Positions 1 through 16,149 of a DNA stretch of 64,000 bases are shown here, one piece after another. The DNA lies in the NCBI GenBank assembly GCA_951406725.2, contig OX597822.1, positions 92,504,001 through 92,568,000 of the forward strand. Reading direction: 5' to 3'. Made by a program: the position numbers and the translations under genes. Below the pieces are notes generated by a model that ran no database searches, was not told where the DNA came from, and saw nothing but the letters and a program-made list of their open reading frames with translations. Every line of letters starts with the position of its first letter. The stretch's first letter is position 1. The stretch is from Octopus vulgaris (taxonomy: Eukaryota).

Positions 1-2962
<2,962 letters not shown>

Positions 2963-2963
2963 C

Positions 2964-3046
<83 letters not shown>

Positions 3047-3053
3047 TATATAC

Positions 3054-3120
<67 letters not shown>

Positions 3121-3265
3121 CATATATACATATATATATATATATACATATACACATATATATATATATACATATACATATATATATATACATATATACA
3201 TATATATATATATACATATACATATATATATATACATATATACATATATATATATATACATATAC

Positions 3266-3354
<89 letters not shown>

Positions 3355-3409
3355 TATATACATACATATATATATACACATACATATATACATACATATA
3401 TATATATAT

Positions 3410-3470
<61 letters not shown>
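2963..3470. repeat. Compound (TA)n/(CA)n/(TACA)n microsatellite
   Basis: Direct reading. Confidence 0.97.
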
Positions 3471-3476
<6 letters not shown>

Positions 3477-3903
3477 CATCTGGAAGATCCTGGAGGGAAG
3501 TGTCCTGAACTTTGGCATCGAGAGTTACGCAAATGCCAGAACTGGGCGCCACTGCGTGGTGCCTAGGACTCCAAACCTGCCATCAAGATGTAGGACAAGA
3601 TTCTGTGATAGCCTGGGCTTCCGAGGCCCACAGCTCTTCAATATCCTCCCGAAGAACCTGAGAGACCTGCATGGGGTGGATACAGATGTCTTTAAAATGA
3701 AGCTGGATCTCTTCCTGTCAGGTGTCCCAGATGAACCAACTTCACGGCAGGAGGGGCAGATGAGGGCAGCTGCATCGAACTCTCTCATGCACCAAATAGC
3801 AGTTGCTAGAAAGCCTCCATGAAGTGAAACCAAGTAGCAACACCAAATGGCGGTGCCCCAGCATGGCCACAGCTCATAAGCTGAAACTAGAATCAATCAA
3901 TCA

Positions 3904-3906
<3 letters not shown>
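3471..3906 (+). mobile_element. 3' fragment of the same LINE group, (AATC)n tail
   Basis: YIWKILEG...[13 protein letters not shown]...AASNSL, homologous to the C-terminus of ORF 325-2040. Confidence 0.9.
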
Positions 3907-3957
<51 letters not shown>

Positions 3958-4088
3958 CACATACATATATACATACATATATATATATATACACACATAC
4001 ATATATACATACATATATATATATATGCATATATATATACATATATATATATACATAGATATATATACATACATATGTATATACATAT

Positions 4089-4500
4089 ACTAGCATTATG
4101 ACCCATTGTTGCCTGGTAATAGTGCTAGTGCATGTATATATGTGTGTATATACATGTACATATTAAATGTACATCTATATATATACATCTACACATAAAA
4201 TACAAAATACAAAGTTATATTTTGATATTACTAGTGATAACAATACTCAAAATATATAACACACTGGAATTGTAGGCCCGTCTCTTGCAAATTCAATCAA
4301 TTGTATCTCGTCCTCCCACTTGTATAGAAGTGTGGCTACAATCCAGCCTACCTGTACTTCTGGGGAGACATTTTAAATTTTTATCCGGGACGTCCTACAT
4401 GTGTGCGGGCGCACATGTGTAGGTATGAATATGCGCGCTTATGCTTTACTTTTACTCCCTCCTCTCACTTAGCGGTCATTCAAATAGCACTTTTGTCTTA
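4089..4500 (-). mobile_element. Non-autonomous Helitron-like fragment
   Basis: ACTAG plus palindromic end at 4089-4129; internal blocks recur inverted at 20170-20310 and 10310-10400. Confidence 0.5.
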
Positions 4501-4666
4501 ACAACGGTCAATCAGACAGTAATTTCCCTTTGTATAACAATCATTTTTCATAGCATTTTTCCAATGGCCAGATAACTGAAGAGATGGCGGTGTGGGTTTC
4601 CACCTCGGCATCCGAAACTCAGAGTTTTATCATGGCTACCGAATAATTGTCACATATTACATTTAC

Positions 4667-4716
<50 letters not shown>

Positions 4717-4717
<1 letters not shown>

Positions 4718-4780
4718 ATGCATATGCTCAGCATATGTCTATCATTGTTTGAATTGCATAATAGTGGTTTTTCTCTAATT

Positions 4781-4820
<40 letters not shown>

Positions 4821-4884
4821 AATTAGAGAAAAACCACTATTATGCAATTCAAACAATGATAGACATATGCTGAGCATATGCATT
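4717..4884. repeat. Near-perfect inverted repeat around a (TA)n centre
   Basis: GCATATGCTCAGCATATGTCTATC...CTCTAATT mirrored by AATTAGAG...GATAGACATATGCTGAGCATATGC. Confidence 0.95.
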
Positions 4885-5195
4885 CCTTTAAGAATAGAAA
4901 TCTTATGAACACTACTCGGCTTAGTAAATATATATGGGAACTTAAATCTCAATGAATTAAGTATAATTTAAAGTGGGAGATAGTTTCCAAGGCGAAATCA
5001 TATAGTATAGGTAGTAATTCCTGTTTACTATGTTCTAGTGAACTTAAAGAAATAATATTTAATAAGCATATTAAATTAGTCAATTCATTGGACGAGCATG
5101 AAATTAAATGTAGACATAAATTACTTTATTTATATAATAAATTTTTTAATAAATAGCCAGAATAGTTAACCCTATTTTTGTTTCTAATTTGTACT
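4880..5195 (+). mobile_element. Penelope-like element (Naiad/Chlamys-type) endonuclease C-terminal remnant
   Basis: Manual translation SFKNRNLMNTTRLSKYIWELKSQ*IKYNLKWEIV...CLLCSSELKEI...KCRHK; matches the 49097-49342 peptide. Confidence 0.75.
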
Positions 5196-5199
5196 GGTA

Positions 5200-6551
5200 T
5201 CTATATATATAAAACTGAGAATGTGTGTCTGTCTGTCTGTGTGAATCCCTAAAACTTGAGAACTACACAACCAATTTCATTAAAAATTTTACACATGCCT
5301 TACTTATGGTCCATGTAGTGTCATGAGCCAAAAAATTTCTAACTTCTTGCCTAGGGTGAGCCCAAAGCAATATCATATCTTCTCCACTATTTCAGTATTA
5401 CGTGTTAAAAGTGAAACAAAAACACCTTTCTACTGTAATGTCAGATATTTTCACTTTAATACTGAAACTATTAAAGTCAAACTATTATATAAGAGAGATG
5501 AGCCATTAACAGTGGATATCCATTTTGCTGGAAGAAGATCCGCTATGGTTTTATATGCTACACCACTGGTTTTCAATTAATATTAATCAAATTAATATTC
5601 AATTTCTCACCCTTATTTTAAATTTAAATTTAAACCCAGGACCATGTGTTTTGGAACGCAGTTTGTTACCACACAGCCACACCTGCACCTATGTATGTGT
5701 GTGTGTATAACTGTATATGTATACATTTATTTCTATACATATAGATGCATATGTATACATGTATATGTGTAGATGTATATATATACAGATGTACATGTAA
5801 TATGTACACATATATATTCACATATATACATGCATACATATATACACCCATGCACACATACACACATACATAGATGCAGGTGTGGCTGTGTGGTAACAAA
5901 CTTCGTTCCAAAATACATGGTCCTGGGTTCAGTCCCACTGTGTGGTGACTTGGAATGCGTCTTCAGCTATAGCCTCAGACCAACCAAAGCCTTGTCAGTG
6001 GATTTTGTAGACAGAAACTGAAAGAAATCAATCGTATATATATGTATGTATATATGTAAGTCTGTGTGTGTATCTTTGTGTTTCTCCCTCATCACTGCCT
6101 CACAACTGGTGTTTGTTTATTTACATCCCCATAACTTACTGGTTTCACAAGAAGAAACTGATAGAATAAGTACCAGGCTTATCAAAATAAAAAAAAACCC
6201 ACTAGGCAGTATCTCATATTTTTGTTTGCCTACACAATTTATCTTTGTGTGTGTGTGTGTGTGTGTGTATACATATATATATATATATATATATATGGAT
6301 TTCGTAGACAGAAACTTAAACAAATCAATCGTGTATATATATATGTATATATTTAAGTGTACGTGTGTGACTGTTTCTGTGTTTCACCCCCATCACTGCT
6401 GTTCGTTTATTTACATCCCCATAACTTACTGGTTTTACAAGAATAAACTAATAGAATAAGTACCAGGCTTATCAACATAAAAAAAGCACTACGCTGTGTC
6501 TCATGTCTCATATTTTTGTTTGACCACTCAGCTGTATCTATCAATTTATCT

Positions 6552-6621
<70 letters not shown>

Positions 6622-7530
6622 CACACACACACGCACATATATAAATATATATATACACAGTCATATTTATTATATCAAAGACAATGTCTTTATGTGTTCA
6701 TGTATTACTTATACATTTGAAAACTGCTGCACCGATCATAATGAAATTTGGAACACAAAATCGAAGCCTAGGGAGAAGGGAAATGCTGTATGTTTCATAC
6801 AATTTCATGGACCAAAATTACTGAATGGATCCTTATGATATTTGAAACTTAGATTCAATGCATAAGGGCGGGTATAATGCAATATGTTTGGTTTGAATTT
6901 CAGATGGCTTAAATTCATAAATTTTCGATGTTGATGAAATTTCAACTATGGGTAATTGACACACATCAAGAAGTATTCTCAAAGTTTCCACTTCACATGA
7001 GGATTCTAAGACACCCTAATGGGGGCCTTAACTCCCAAATTTTAGTCATTTTTTTAATGATCCAAAACTAAGTCAAAAGTACTAAATGTACAAAAGTACA
7101 AATTATGAAATTTGGAAATTATTTTTTAACTTGACTAAAAGTTCTTATTACATTTCTAGTCTTATTATATTTATAGTACTATTGCATTTAATAATAATAG
7201 TAATAAGTATTTCATAAAGATAAGTTATACGTTTTTACTTTGGAATTTTTCTTTCCTTATTTTTTATTTCATAAATATTTTCGAAAGATATCTATAATAT
7301 TTAAATAATAATGGACTAATTTATTTACCGTTTATATGTTTGTTGATAGAAAAAAATATGGATTTTTAATTACTATATTTGCTCATTATAGTCTAGATAC
7401 TTATTTTTATATATTTATTATTTTATAATTATTATGTGTGAACTAAAATCAGAAAATATTAAGAGTGATTGTTTTGTAAAATAGTTTCGTAATTAAATAT
7501 TAGAGTATAACTAGGTTAAAGATATTCTAT
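5200..7530 (+). mobile_element. Mosaic Helitron-like region containing diverged SINE copies
   Basis: A|TCTATATATATAAAA start at 5200; modules shared with 12230-12890, 19630-20535 and 9950-10290; 3' boundary uncertain. Confidence 0.5.
5875..6490 (+). mobile_element. Diverged tRNA-derived SINE with internal duplication of its 3' half
   Basis: A box TGGCTGTGTGG, B box GGTTCAGTCC; GATAGAATAAGTAC-type block present twice. Confidence 0.8.
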
Positions 7531-7683
7531 AGTTTATTAATGTTTTTTATTAAGCTAAATCATATCTTCACAGATAAATACATTTTTCTATCTATTTACT
7601 CTATTTTTTTACCTTAGATATTTAACATAATAAATGTATTGTAGGCAACTGATCCTAATGTTTTGAGTTTCAAATTTAGTTAA

Positions 7684-8966
7684 CCCTTTCGTTACTATAT
7701 TTCTGACAAAAATACACCCCTCATGAGTTTCAATTAAATTCTAAAATAATCATGAATTTAGGCTTGTTTCATTAAATAACTGTAACTTTTTTACTTATCA
7801 ACATTTTAATGTGATATTTGGAACATAATTAAAGGAAGGGTTCTTAATCAATTCTATTGCATAACTTTTGTCTCAAAGTGACTTTAATTACAGGTAAATC
7901 CAGGTAAATTGAGCAAAAGGTAAAAATATTAAAATTTTAAATTGAGCAAAAGGTAAAAAATAAAAATTTTGTTTAAACATCACTATAGAAAATGAATCAT
8001 CAGCTAATATTCAAATGGGTATGCAACAAAATTTTGATAAAGAAGAATTGTGCACATCAGTTGAATTTAATGCACAACAGGTGTACCATAAAGGTGGAAT
8101 AAACTGAAATATTGGAATCCACCGTAAGTTTGACCGAACTAAAGAAATCGGTCAAAAAATAATATACGGCCCTGGTTATGGTATGGAAGTGATAAATTCC
8201 AGACCACATCGTTCCCTAGGCCATGCTGACTAATATTATTTTCCCTGTATAAAAACTAAATCCACGCAGTACCCAGTAATTTGCTTCACAAATTTCCCAA
8301 ACTTTGAACCCCGATTTTGGGTTTGTTTACAATCTGCGTAAGTTTGTTTCCACATTGATCGCTTCAAACTAGCATACTGAAAAAAATAAAAGTCTAATGG
8401 TTTCACTTCCTAAGAAAGGCTATAGATAAACTTTATCTCCTCAGAAAAATTGCTAATAAAAACATTTAAAAAGTTTTTTTACTTCATTCCGATGTAAAAT
8501 CGTCTTCGCTGTCGCCTTCGCCGCTTTGTTTCTTCGGAAGGCGCTGCTTTCATTTTCGGATAAAAAAATATTCATTATTTTGTACACCACGTGCTTTAGT
8601 ACCTATTTCATTCTTTTTCTCGATATCTCCCTATTTTCCGTTGACAAAGCTTTAAATTCGGAATCAATGCTTGATAACATGAAACTCCTATCCATTTTCA
8701 AAGTTGAAGAAAAATCGATGCCGTAAAACATGTGGAAAAAAATCTCCCAAAATTCACTGAGTTGAGATATCACTTCAAGCAATGTCGGATACTATAACTT
8801 AACTATTTACAATGTGAAATCACATGCTTTAACGAATGTACCAACGAGATTTGGGTTCAAATTTACATTTAAATAACAATGGGTTCTAACGGCCGGGTAT
8901 GGCCGGGTTGGTACTTTGAACCAAAAAATTGTTCGGCCGGCTACGGCCGGGTTAGTAACGAAAGGG
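7684..8966 (-). mobile_element. Internally deleted piggyBac DNA transposon
   Basis: TTAA at 7680-83 and 8967-70; perfect 14-bp TIR CCCTTTCGTTACTA; acidic GEGDSEDDF remnant on the minus strand. Confidence 0.9.
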
Positions 8967-9054
8967 TTAATGGAGTTTCTTCTATAAGAAAAAATCATTT
9001 TATTTTTTTAATAACTATTGTTTAACCCTATTTGCTTATTTATTTAACTATCAT

Positions 9055-9158
9055 TGTTAACCTGAAGAGTGACCATAATTTTAAATTGAATTGCTTTTCG
9101 ATTAAATTTAACTTTAATTGGAATTCGAATTTAATTATAGCCATGAAACGTACATAGC
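9055..9158 (+). ncRNA. Degenerate hammerhead ribozyme motif in a Penelope pLTR-like sequence
   Basis: CTGAAGA (9062-68), long stem II GTGACCATAATT/AATTATAGCCAT, GAAACGTA; stem I weak. Confidence 0.5.
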
Positions 9159-9176
9159 TTTTTTACTTATTATATG

Positions 9177-9560
9177 TTAGTTAGTTAGTTAGTTAATTTG
9201 GCTCAAAAGCAAATAGCAAGGCCATGTAGGGGGACATGGAGTTAAGTACAGGGTGGTGTTCATGTAAAGAGTTCAGGCCACTTGAGGTCCAGGGAGGCTT
9301 TGAACAAAGCGGTCGTCGGCATCTTCACCATCTCGTCTGGCAGCTTGTTCCACGGATCCGCAACCCGGACGGAGAAAGCTCCTCTCCTTCGATTGAGATG
9401 AAATCGTCGCAGGTAGAGCTTTTCGGAATGACCCCGCAGCCGACGCTCCGGAGCAGGAGTGAAGAACAGCTCTTTCGAGAGGTTACACTTCCCGCTTATG
9501 ATGTTGTGGGCGAGAATGAGATCACCACGGCGGCGGCATTTTTCATGAGAACAAATTGAT
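9177..9560 (-). mobile_element. CR1 LINE 3' fragment with (TAAC)n tail
   Basis: RRRGDLILAHNI...LRGHSEKL...FSVRVADPWNKLP, typical CR1 C-terminus. Confidence 0.88.
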
Positions 9561-10711
9561 TATTCATTTTTATTTATGATTTGGTTTATGTCTATCATTT
9601 TTTGAATTGCATAATAGTGGTTTTTCTCTAATTTATATATTATGTATTTATATTGTGAAATTTGATTTAATACTAAATTGAATTTTTCCCTGTAAGTTTG
9701 AAGTTATACTCCCTAATATTATTATTATATATATACATACACACATACATATCTATCTATATATATATATAACTTATAAACAAGAGCAAAAGAAAAATTA
9801 TTTCCATGCCAATATGCTGATAACAGACTTTAAATCGTCAATTTTCACATTTCATTATACATTGACTATAAATACGTGCTGAAATCGAGGAAAACTAGCC
9901 AACAGAATTTTTTTTTTTTTATTTATTTTTAAAAAATTTATTTAATTATTCTTATTATTATAATTATTATATGTGAACTAAAATCAAAAAGTATTAGCTT
10001 GGTTACTTTGTGAATTAGATTGTAACGTAAAATTTTTTAGAATAGGTAGAGTAAAGTTTTTTTTATATTTAGTACTATTGAATTTAATAATAAGTACCTT
10101 TTTTCACAAATAAATTTATAAACGAAAAGTAATACGTTTTTAGTTTTGAAATTTTTTATTTTTTATTTCATAAATATTTTCAGAAAGTTAAGTATAATAT
10201 TTATTTAATGGAGTAATTTACTTATGTTTATTGATTGAAAAAATATGGATTTCTAATTGCTTTATTTGTTAATTATAATTTAGATACATACATTTATTTA
10301 ATTTTTAAGAGCTATTCGAATGACCGCTAAAGTAAGGGGGTTCATAGTTTTCGTGTAAGCACACCTGTTCATACCTACACATGGGCGCCCGCCCACCCAC
10401 ATGCGTGTGCCTAAAGTTATACATTCATCCACCCTCACTTGAAAATGTACACATCCTCACTCCCATCCTTCGCCAAATGCATATGCATATACATACAAAC
10501 CCACACACACACGTGCACCATAAAGGTTCATAGATACATCTATATACACACAAGTACAAGAAAAAACAGGGCTATGGGTAACAATACAGAAAAAAGGCAT
10601 AAGCGAGTATACAAAGAGTAAACCACATCTATACACGCACATACCCTTATGCACGCACACACACACGCCTATATACGCACAAACCCGCACACGCCTATAT
10701 ACGCACAAACC

Positions 10712-10746
<35 letters not shown>

Positions 10747-10939
10747 CTATATACACACAAAAGATTCCATATACACGTCTATATACGCACAGGGAAAAAT
10801 GCAGGGTGGAACATAGAATACAGAAAAAATTATGTGTAAAAAATATATAAGCAATAAGCCAATAAACCAAGATCTCAATAAATATGTACGAAATATATGT
10901 ATAAAAAATATATAATAAATATAAGTAAAAGGTATAAAA

Positions 10940-11048
10940 AGTGCCACGTATCAGAGGTGGTTTCACATACTAGAGTAGCTCATTCAACAGTGGTACCCCA
11001 GCATGACAACAGCTTTCAGGCTGAAACATTTTTCAGGAGTTAAGGATT
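10940..11048 (+). mobile_element. Short LINE 3'-tail fragment, same subfamily as 16130-18622
   Basis: GTGCCACGTATCAGAGGTGG...CAGCATG...GGCTGAAACATTTT matches 18515-18620. Confidence 0.8.
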
Positions 11049-11078
11049 ATATACATACATATATATATATATATATAT

Positions 11079-12681
11079 ACTAGCAGAGATACCCAGCATT
11101 GCTCGTGTTACATGCAATTGAAGAATTAGACTTTTCTGTTATATTTTCTGTAATGAACTGGAATACCTATGTTTCGAATTTCATCAAAATTGCAGATGAG
11201 GGTTATTTCTCTCTTTACACACCCAAACAAAATTGTAATCGTGCCACATGTATCCCATACTCCATATTCCAAAATTCCAGTCTTATTGAACCTGTTAAAA
11301 AGATTTTGCTCCTGAAAAATGAGGGTCATGGAGCTCTAAAATGTGAGAGTTAAGGCACCTGTTGGGGGTGGGCATCTTAATGTGAACCAGAGAAGTTGAA
11401 TTGTTGAGAATCTTTCTAACTTGGGTCTTATATCTATTGTTTGAATTTCTTTGAAATAGGAAATATATGTTCACTGGGTTTGTAAAAGAGAGCGAAGCTA
11501 CAGGAAACCAAAAGACGATTGATCACAATAAGCAGTCAGCTACCCTACCCTAGTCGTTACCACTCCCAATGTAGGATTCCTCACCATCCAGGTGACAGGC
11601 ACAGCCATAAGATGTATTACGAATCTATAGCAATTGGAAGGGTGTGACCCAACTGAAATAAACATTAACTGTGTGACGTGAGGGCTAAAAAGATATGAAA
11701 GTGTCACCTCTGGAGTTTGCAAATGACCAATATACTGATACGTAACTGGGCAAAATAAATTTACAATGTATAAATGTCTTTGAATAACGAGTCACTCATC
11801 TGGGAAGGCCTTGAAATCAATGTTACCATGTGGGGCTTTGTGTGACCCAGTGATAATAAAAAGACTGAAAGGAGGTCTGCAATCAAATAACTTTGCAACT
11901 GAATCAGTGGACGCAAAGATGCCTCTCATTTACTTGATAATTTATGCAGCACATTGCAGAAATCACAATGTAAGTGTATGTCAAAGCAAATTCTTACACT
12001 GTTGTACCATTGGGCAATTACAAATGATGCTCATCTTTTATGCTCGGGTAACCCAGCAGCTTCCAAGAGCACAACTGTATTCGTATTTGTTTAGATAAAA
12101 TGACAAAATTGTGGGTTTTAAGTCCCCATGTAGGGGTCTTTGTAACTTATAAGAAAATGAAATTTTATAAATATTACTTCATTTGTGTCTAATATCTATG
12201 ATTAAAATTTCATCAACAGCAAAAATATATGAATTGTCACGGAGGTTATGGCCCTTATGCATAGAATATAATTTCCAAATTTCATAAAGATCCATTCAGT
12301 ACTTTTCATCTAGTTTTGCATCCTAAAAGAAATGACTAAATTTTGGGAGTTAAGGCCCCCATTAGGGTGTTATATGTATATAGGTAGATAGATATATACA
12401 CACACACACACTTACAAAGATAAATTGATAGATACAACTGAATGGGCAAACAAAAATATGAGACAGACTAGTGCTTTTTTTTTATGTTGATAAGTCTGGT
12501 ACTTATTCTATTAGTTTCTTCTTGTGAAACCAGTAAGTTATGGGGATGTAAATAAATGAACAGCAGTTGTGAAGCAGTGATGAGGGCGAAACACAGACAC
12601 AAAGACAAACACACACATTTACATATATACATACATATATATACGATTGATTTCTTTCAGCTCCTGTCTACAAAATCCATG

Positions 12682-12712
<31 letters not shown>

Positions 12713-12732
12713 ATGTATACACACACACACAC

Positions 12733-12763
<31 letters not shown>

Positions 12764-12781
12764 CATGTGTACATATATAGA

Positions 12782-12847
<66 letters not shown>

Positions 12848-12890
12848 TACATACGATTGATTTGTTTCAGTTCCTGCATACGAAATCCAG
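11079..12890 (-). mobile_element. Helitron-like mosaic carrying SINE segments
   Basis: Reverse 3' end ACTAG...CCCAGCATTGCTCG; 12230-12890 is an inverted homologue of blocks within 5990-7060. Confidence 0.55.
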
Positions 12891-13018
12891 ATATATATAT
12901 ATGTATGTATACACACACACTCACACACATATATACATATATATTTATATATATACACATGCATACATATATAGGCATATACATATATATATACATACAT
13001 ATATACATACATATATAT

Positions 13019-13053
<35 letters not shown>

Positions 13054-13059
<6 letters not shown>

Positions 13060-13856
13060 AAAAAGGGTGAAATATAATTAATTTAATGAAATTAATAAAT
13101 TTCACCTAGTAGATTTATCGGTATGGAAAAGACCATATTTGGTAAGAATTATATTAATTATAATAAAGGGTTAATTGCAACAAGTTGCTCAAAACCACAT
13201 AACGAAAATATTAGAAATAGCAGCCAAATGGATCACTATTTCTCCTACTAATAAAAAAGTCTCCACAAACAAACAGAATTTGTAACCCGTATATGGTAAA
13301 AGGAAAGAACATAACGAAATCCCAGCCTATGAATTAATTATAGACAAATCGTTTCTGGATTAGAGCCGAAGGCTCATTTCCTTGTCAATATAATATTTCC
13401 TATAAATCTAGAAATGCTAGGGAAAAAAAGCTCACCCATTACACCGGCTCGACCAGCGACATCGAACGATCTAATGCACTGCTAGCATCCCTACATTTAT
13501 ATAGACAGGCGAATTCATACCTCCCTCCAAAATTACCACGTGAGTTACAAAAACATTACCAACGAAACAAAGTTTTGTAGATTTCTTGTAAGGGAGCAAT
13601 AATATTCAATATACAAAAAAGGGTGAAATATAATTAATTTAATAAAATTAATAAATTTCACCAAGTAGATTTATCGGAATGGCAAAGACCATATTTGGTA
13701 AGAATTATATTAATCATAATAAAGGGTTAATTGCAACAAGTTGCTCAAAACTTGCTCCTATTAGTAGGAGAAATAGTGATCAATTTGGCTGCTATTTCTA
13801 ATATTTTCGGTATGTGGTTTTGAGCAACTTGTTGCAATTAACCTTTTATTATAATT

Positions 13857-13858
<2 letters not shown>
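13054..13858 (-). mobile_element. Non-coding Penelope pLTR/retrozyme-like element (direct plus inverted repeats)
   Basis: 13054-13195 repeated at 13610-13751; 13757-13858 is an inverted copy of about 13155-13253; contains a hammerhead motif. Confidence 0.7.
13338..13394 (-). ncRNA. Type-I hammerhead-like motif, U3-A8 core variant
   Basis: ATTATA-TTGACAA-GGA..GAGCCTTCGGCTC..TCC-A-GAAAC-GATTT-GTC-TATAAT. Confidence 0.6.
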
Positions 13859-13918
<60 letters not shown>

Positions 13919-13976
13919 ACATACATATATACATACATATATATATATATACATATATACATACACATATATATAT

Positions 13977-14331
13977 AACTTGAGGCGATCCAACGTAGCT
14001 ACACGAAGAAGATAGCCTCTATGCAGAATATAAGCTACTGGGAAAGACTCAAGAGATTAAAACTATATTCCTTGGAGCGTAGGCGGGAAAGATATGCCAT
14101 AATATACATCTGGAAGATCCTGGAGGGACTTGTCCCAAACTTTGGCATCGAGAGTTACACAAATGCCAGAACTGGGCGCCGCTGCGTGGTGCCTAGGACT
14201 CCAAATTTGCCATCAAGATGTAGGACAAGATACTGTGATAGCCTGGGCTTCCGAGGCCCACAGCTCTTCAATATCCTCCCGAAGAACCTAAGAGACCTGC
14301 ATGAGGTGGATGCAGATGTCTTTAAAATGAA
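13977..14331 (+). mobile_element. LINE ORF2 C-terminal fragment, nearly identical to 3471-3700
   Basis: SYWERLKRLKLYSLERRRERYAIIYIWKIL. Confidence 0.9.
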
Positions 14332-14719
14332 ACAGAGTGTGAAAGCGTTGTGGAAGGCAGGGAGAAAGGGGAGATATAGAACGCCGTGACACAACGTTAT
14401 AAAGAGAAAGTGAAGGGGAGTTAGACGCTGTTAGACAACGTTATATATAGAAAGTGATGGGAAGGGAGGAAAGAGAGTGAGTGACGGAGGAAGACAGATA
14501 CATAAAAGAATCAGAGTAGACTTGTCAAAGTGCGTTTTTCGCCCTAGCAACGACACCTTTTAAGATACGGATTTCAAACCTAGCCCACTGGCATCCTCAC
14601 CTCATTTTACATGTCCCTGTAAATTTTGGAGTCAATCCGACGGGATAAGTGGCCTTTAACTCGTTCTCAATGCCAAAACCAGACAAACAAACAAACTTTT
14701 CGCATTTCAGTTTTATAGA
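14332..14719 (-). mobile_element. Helitron-like 5' portion
   Basis: Reverse 5' end TTCGCATTTCAGTTTTATAGA|T, same type as 60920-60941. Confidence 0.5.
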
Positions 14720-14724
14720 TATAT

Positions 14725-14783
<59 letters not shown>

Positions 14784-15387
14784 CATATACATATATATAT
14801 ATATATATACATATATATACATACATACATATACATATATATATATATATACATATATATACATACATATACATATATATATATATACATATATACATAC
14901 ATATACATATATATATATATACATATATACATACATATACATATATATATATATACATATATACATACATATACATATATATATATATACATATATACAT
15001 ACATATATATACACATATACATACATATATATACACATATACATACATATATACATACATATATACATACATGTATATACATACATATATACATACATAT
15101 ATATATACATACATATACATATACATACATATATACATACATATATACATACATACATATATACATACATATATACATACATACATATATACATACATAC
15201 ACATATATACATACATATATATATACATACATATATATATACATACATATACATATACATACATATATACATACATATACATATACATACATATATACAT
15301 ACATACATATATACATATATACATACATATATACATACATACATATATACATACATACATATATACATACATACATATATATATATA

Positions 15388-15423
<36 letters not shown>

Positions 15424-15708
15424 TATATATAAACATATATACATACATATATATATACATACATATATATATACACATATATATACATATATATATACAT
15501 ACATATACATACATTTATACATATATATATACATACATTTCAACATATATATATACATATATACACATATATATATACATACATATATACACATATATAT
15601 ATACATACATATATACATATATATATACTTACATGTATTCGTACATATACACACACACACATATATATTTATATTTATACACATATATATACTATAAATA
15701 CATATATA
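14720..15708. repeat. Long degenerate (TA)/(TACA) microsatellite
   Basis: Direct reading. Confidence 0.97.
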
Positions 15709-16110
15709 GGCGCAGGAGTGGCTGTGTGGTAAGTAGCTTGCTAACCAACCACATGGTTCCGGGTTCAGTCCCACTGCATGGCATCTTGGGCAAGTGTCTT
15801 CTGCTATAGCCCCGGGCCGACCAATGCCTTGTGAGTGGATTTGGTAGACGGAAACTGAAAGAAGCCTGTCGTATATATATATAAGTGTGTGTGTATATGT
15901 TTGCGTGTCTGTGTTTGTCCCCCTAGCATTGCTTGACAACCGATGCTGGTGTGTTTACGTCCTCGTCATTTAACGGTTCAGCAAAATAGACCGATAGAAT
16001 AAGTACTGGGCTTACAAAGAATAAGTCCCAGGGTCGATTTGCTCGACTGAAGGCGGTGCTCCAGCATGGCCGCAGTCAAATGACTGAAACAAGTAAAAGA
16101 GTAAAAGAGA
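15709..16110 (+). mobile_element. Full-length tRNA-derived SINE (family 1) with CORE-like motif and LINE-type tail
   Basis: A/B boxes, CTTGGGCAAGTG CORE-like block, internal TA/TG tract, tail CAAGTAAAAGAG. Confidence 0.92.
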
Positions 16111-16149
16111 TATATATACTATATATACATATACATACAAAATAGACAT

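Noticed and set aside
15709-15785. tRNA gene (also 24210-24286)
   Set aside because: SINE heads: no proper cloverleaf, and followed by SINE body and tail
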